Of a stretch of DNA of 64,000 nt, positions 60,448-64,000 are shown one piece after another. The stretch comes from Nitrosopumilus sp. (GTDB lineage Archaea > Thermoproteota > Nitrososphaeria > Nitrososphaerales > Nitrosopumilaceae): assembly GCA_965249555.1 (NCBI GenBank), contig OZ252243.1, forward strand, positions 992,001 to 1,056,000, given 5' to 3'. Below the pieces are notes generated by a model. It was given only the letters and a program-made list of their open reading frames with translations. It was not told where the DNA came from and did not search any database. Position 1 is the stretch's first letter; each line of letters begins with the position of its first letter. The translations under genes and the position numbers were made by a program.

Positions 60448-60636
60448 TTACTTACATTTTTTCTTATGTTTTCTTAAATTATCTTCACTCATAAATTCAG
60501 TCCCACAATTTTGACATTTTACTTTTTTCTTGCCATGTGCTTTTTCCTGATGTCTCTTTAATCTTTCAGGATCAGTAAGGATTGTCCCACATTTTTTGCA
60601 TTTTAATTCATTTTTACTGGATCCAAATAATCCCAT
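60448..60636 (-). CDS. Small tandem C2H2-type zinc finger protein
   Basis: CKKC..LKRHQEKAH; CQNC..F..LRKHKKKC. Confidence 0.82.
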   Translation of the reverse strand: MGLFGSSKNELKCKKCGTILTDPERLKRHQEKAHGKKKVKCQNCGTEFMSEDNLRKHKKKCK

Positions 60637-60704
60637 GTCAAAAGTATTTCTACGTACTAGAAAAAATAGTTTTTACGAATATTAACATAAAATACCTGAT
60701 CAAT

Positions 60705-61313
60705 TTATATTTCTGGTTCATCTAAGCTTTTTCTAGGTTTTATGCTAAGATAAAATGCATGAGTACTAATGATAAAACCCGCAAGAAATATTTTTGTTGC
60801 AAAAACTAAATTCCATGGTCTATCTGGATCTGGATAAGCAACTGATAATCTATCGATATCTGGAACTTGTCCATCAATAATTCCTGCAGTAATTTCTGCA
60901 TTTAACACTGTAAAATTGTATAATACTTCATAGAGTGCAATAATTGAAAATCCTAGTAACATTAACTGAAGTAATGCCATCCTTGTACCAACTATTTTGT
61001 TTCCAGCAGTTCTTCTCCAACCAATTCTAGTGACGCAATACCATCCAATTATTGTAGAAAAAAATATCCAAGTTGTCACTCTTGCAAAATTTTCAAAAGG
61101 AATAGTTGTATTGTGAATTGCTTCTCCCATTACATAAGTTCCATTTTCAATCCATTCGATCGTTGTTACATACACACCAAAAACTAGAGATGATACCATG
61201 ATAAATCCACAAACATAAAAAATGTACAGATAAACCTTGTAACCTGCATCAGTTTTTTCAAGATGGCGTGGCTTCATAATGCGATTTCCAAATTTTGAAA
61301 TATAAAAATTCAT
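60705..61313 (-). CDS. Hypothetical 4-TM membrane protein
   Basis: Hydrophobic 202-aa ORF; true start may be MKPRH. Confidence 0.75.
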   Translation of the reverse strand: MNFYISKFGNRIMKPRHLEKTDAGYKVYLYIFYVCGFIMVSSLVFGVYVTTIEWIENGTYVMGEAIHNTTIPFENFARVTTWIFFSTIIGWYCVTRIGWRRTAGNKIVGTRMALLQLMLLGFSIIALYEVLYNFTVLNAEITAGIIDGQVPDIDRLSVAYPDPDRPWNLVFATKIFLAGFIISTHAFYLSIKPRKSLDEPEI

Positions 61314-61358
61314 GCATACACGACGAGATTTATAGACTAGTTATTTACAGAATTACTA

Positions 61359-62441
61359 TTGAAAATTGCAATTAACATTCCTATAGTGGGCAAAGAAGAG
61401 ATTTCTGCAGTAACTTCTATACTTCGAAATGGTGCCTTAACCTCAGCTGCTAATCAAGGAGGCAAACATGTTCAAGCTTTTGAAAATTCAGTAGCCTCTT
61501 TTGTAAAATCCAAATATGCAATTGCTGTCAATTCTGGCACTGCTGCCTTACAGGCAGCTCTTTATGCATTGGATATTAAAAAAGGTGATGAAGTTCTAGT
61601 TCCATCATTTACTTTTGTTGCTACAGCAAATGCCATTGTATCAACAGGAGCAAAACCTGTTTTTGTTGATATTCTAAAAGAAAACTATACTATAGATTCA
61701 GATGATCTACAAAAAAAGATAACAAAAAAAACCCGTGCTATAATACCTGTTCATCTTTATGGAAATGTAGCAAATATAGAAAGACTCTCTGAAATCACTA
61801 AAAAATATAATCTTCCTATCATTGAAGATTCTGCACAGTCTTTAGGTTCTACCTACAAAGGAAAACATACTGGCACTTTCTTTGAAATGGGATGTTATAG
61901 TATGTATCCTGCAAAGGTAATGACTTCTGGAGAAGGTGGTTTTATTGTAACCAACAACAAAAAACTTAGAGACAAATTATTGATGATTAGAAATCATGGA
62001 ATGATTCATGGATATGATACAAGAGTATTTGGCTTAAACTTGCGATTGCCTGAAATCAATGCTGCAATTGCAACTATTCAAATGAAAAAACTTCCAAACT
62101 TTCTAAAGTCTAGGAAAAATAATGCAACACTTTTATCAAAATTAATTTCTGATCTTAAAATTAAGCTTCCTCACCAACAAAAAAATGAAAGTGTTAATTG
62201 GTATCTCTATACTATTGCAACTGAAAAACGTGATAAACTTTTGAAAAAACTTAACGAAAAAGGAATTGGTGCTGCATCTTACTATCCTACACCAGTTCAT
62301 AAGACTCCATATTACAAATTAAATACAAAACTTCCTGTTACTGATTGGGCTGCATCACATGTAATTTCTTTACCAATTCATCCAAAAGTAACTCAAAAAA
62401 ATATTGAATTCATTGCAAAGACTATGCGTGATATACTGTGA
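61359..62441 (+). CDS. DegT/DnrJ/EryC1/StrS aminotransferase
   Basis: NSGTAAL, IEDSAQ, SMYPAKVMTSGEGG. Confidence 0.92.
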   Translation: MKIAINIPIVGKEEISAVTSILRNGALTSAANQGGKHVQAFENSVASFVKSKYAIAVNSGTAALQAALYALDIKKGDEVLVPSFTFVATANAIVSTGAKPVFVDILKENYTIDSDDLQKKITKKTRAIIPVHLYGNVANIERLSEITKKYNLPIIEDSAQSLGSTYKGKHTGTFFEMGCYSMYPAKVMTSGEGGFIVTNNKKLRDKLLMIRNHGMIHGYDTRVFGLNLRLPEINAAIATIQMKKLPNFLKSRKNNATLLSKLISDLKIKLPHQQKNESVNWYLYTIATEKRDKLLKKLNEKGIGAASYYPTPVHKTPYYKLNTKLPVTDWAASHVISLPIHPKVTQKNIEFIAKTMRDIL

Positions 62442-62914
62442 ATATTCTAGGCGAGAAAATTGGAGAATTATGTAAGATTATTTTACCTATTCCTGAGGAG
62501 TCTTATCAAGGAAATCTTAATTCATCAATTGCAGTTTGTACGCTTTCAAGCATAGATTTACTCAAAAAGTTTGCAAATTCTGAACTTCTAAATCACATAT
62601 CAATAGTAGGAAGACTACTTTCTGAAAATAAAGGCATTGATTCGATTATCAAACATGTAAATAAAAATAAAAAAATTACCACTATCATAGTTTGTGGAAA
62701 AGAAGTTTGGGGTCATAAAGCTGGTCATTCATTATTTAAATTATACAAAAATGGAGTTGATAAAAATAATAGAATAATTAATTCAACTAGTCCAGATCCA
62801 TATCTTACAGTTTCTAAATCTCAGATACAATATTTTCAAAATAATATAACTCTTGTAAATTTAATCAATGAAACTGATTTTGAAACAATTTTTGATAAAA
62901 TTAGAATTTCCTAG
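62438..62914 (+). CDS. Stand-alone MtrA-like (corrinoid-binding fold) protein
   Basis: IAVCTLSS, SENKGID, VCGKEVWGHKAGHSL..L..NG. Confidence 0.8.
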   Translation: MNILGEKIGELCKIILPIPEESYQGNLNSSIAVCTLSSIDLLKKFANSELLNHISIVGRLLSENKGIDSIIKHVNKNKKITTIIVCGKEVWGHKAGHSLFKLYKNGVDKNNRIINSTSPDPYLTVSKSQIQYFQNNITLVNLINETDFETIFDKIRIS

Positions 62915-63261
62915 TATCCGTTTCTCTGTCTTTTTCGATTAATTTCATTTTTCTTTTTGTATTCATTTACAATATCATCTGGCGTAAGATTTAGCTCAAG
63001 TGATGCCTGAACAACAAAATGCCATATGTCAATTAATTCTTCTCTGGCTTCGCCTTCATCAAATTTAGTTGGTGTTTTCCACCATTTCCAATTTGTTGTC
63101 CTTTGTAGCTCTACTGCCTCATGCATTATTGCAGTACATAATGCAGAAACTCTTCCTTCAGAATCTTTTGGGTATCTATCCAGATTCATCATTTCTGATA
63201 GACCTTTTTGAAGTTTGAATATTGTATCTAGTCTATCGTTTTCAGATATTTCTTGTGTCAA
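62911..63261 (-). CDS. All-alpha dimeric dUTPase-like protein
   Basis: HEAVEL..WKWWK..EELIDIWHF..KNEIN..RQ..GY. Confidence 0.87.
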   Translation of the reverse strand: MTQEISENDRLDTIFKLQKGLSEMMNLDRYPKDSEGRVSALCTAIMHEAVELQRTTNWKWWKTPTKFDEGEAREELIDIWHFVVQASLELNLTPDDIVNEYKKKNEINRKRQRNGY

Positions 63262-63300
63262 TGATAAATAAATTTGAGAAATTATTTAACTTAAGTCTTT

Positions 63301-64000
63301 TTAGAATTGGATCATTTTTTCATACATCTTTATTCGTTTTGAAATATCTCCTTTTTTGATCTTTAGTAATCCATCTAATCCATATCTTTCAACTGCAAAG
63401 GATCCTAAGATATTTCCATAAACTACTGCTTTTTTGATCTCAGATATTTTAGTTGATTTTTTACTTGCAAGATATCCTATCATTGCTCCTGCAAAAGAGT
63501 CACCTGCACCTGTAGGATCCACAATATTTTCTAACGAAAAACCTGCTGTTGGGAAAATTACATCATCATAAAACATCAAGGAACCATGCTCCCCTTTCTT
63601 GATAATTACATATTTTGCACCCCACTGCATCATTTTTTTTGCACATTTTATCAAATTGAATTCTTTTGTAAGGAGTTTAGCTTCTTCATCATTTATTACA
63701 ACTGCATCTACAGCTTTTATCATCTTAATCACTGCTTCTCGTTTAGTAGAAATCCAAAAATCTATAGTGTCACACATAGAAAATTTTATCTTATCAAATT
63801 CTTTGATTAATGAAGTATTCTGTTCAGGATCATTGTTTGCAAGATATACAAATTGAGATTTTCTGTAAGCTTCAGGAACTGTTGGTTTAAAATCTGCTAT
63901 TACATTTAATTCAGTTTTCAAAGTAGATCTTATACTTAATGTATTGTCATAACTTCCATCATAACGAAATGTTTTACCATTTTTTACAGTCAATCCTTGT
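63301..64000 (-). CDS. PfkB-family carbohydrate kinase (5' end outside window)
   Basis: INDEEA, KKGEHG, VDPTGAGDSFAG. Confidence 0.92.
   Translation of the reverse strand, partial: QGLTVKNGKTFRYDGSYDNTLSIRSTLKTELNVIADFKPTVPEAYRKSQFVYLANNDPEQNTSLIKEFDKIKFSMCDTIDFWISTKREAVIKMIKAVDAVVINDEEAKLLTKEFNLIKCAKKMMQWGAKYVIIKKGEHGSLMFYDDVIFPTAGFSLENIVDPTGAGDSFAGAMIGYLASKKSTKISEIKKAVVYGNILGSFAVERYGLDGLLKIKKGDISKRIKMYEKMIQF

Overview
AT-rich archaeal DNA whose gene content points to a Nitrosopumilaceae-type ammonia-oxidising thaumarchaeote: two TFBs, PolD DP1/DP2, Cdc6, GINS, PCNA, Rpo11/TFS, thermosome, GGGP synthase, CFI-box-CTERM proteins and cobalamin genes. The window appears to contain the replication origin, with three ORB-like boxes upstream of cdc6 (about 18.2-18.5 kb). 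Beside it is a cassette of four small putative DNA-binding proteins, one of them membrane-anchored, overlaid by two dense motif arrays: GTTAACA x5 and ATCAC/GTGAT x17, the latter partly written into coding sequence. This is my best candidate for an undescribed origin-tethering or segregation system. Mobile DNA includes an intact IS66-family element (11-bp TIRs, 8-bp TSD) and a 2.4-kb islet integrated at tRNA-Pro(GGG). The islet carries an integrase relic plus a SAMHD1-like HD hydrolase and YwgA/Panacea-like gene pair, a candidate defence module. A second integrase relic lies near 47.5 kb. Several genes are broken: a crcB frameshift, a nonsense codon in a tandem repeat, a head-to-head deletion scar and a frameshifted membrane gene. 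Four small genes absent from the ORF track were read manually. All family calls come from motif recognition by eye; no searches were run.
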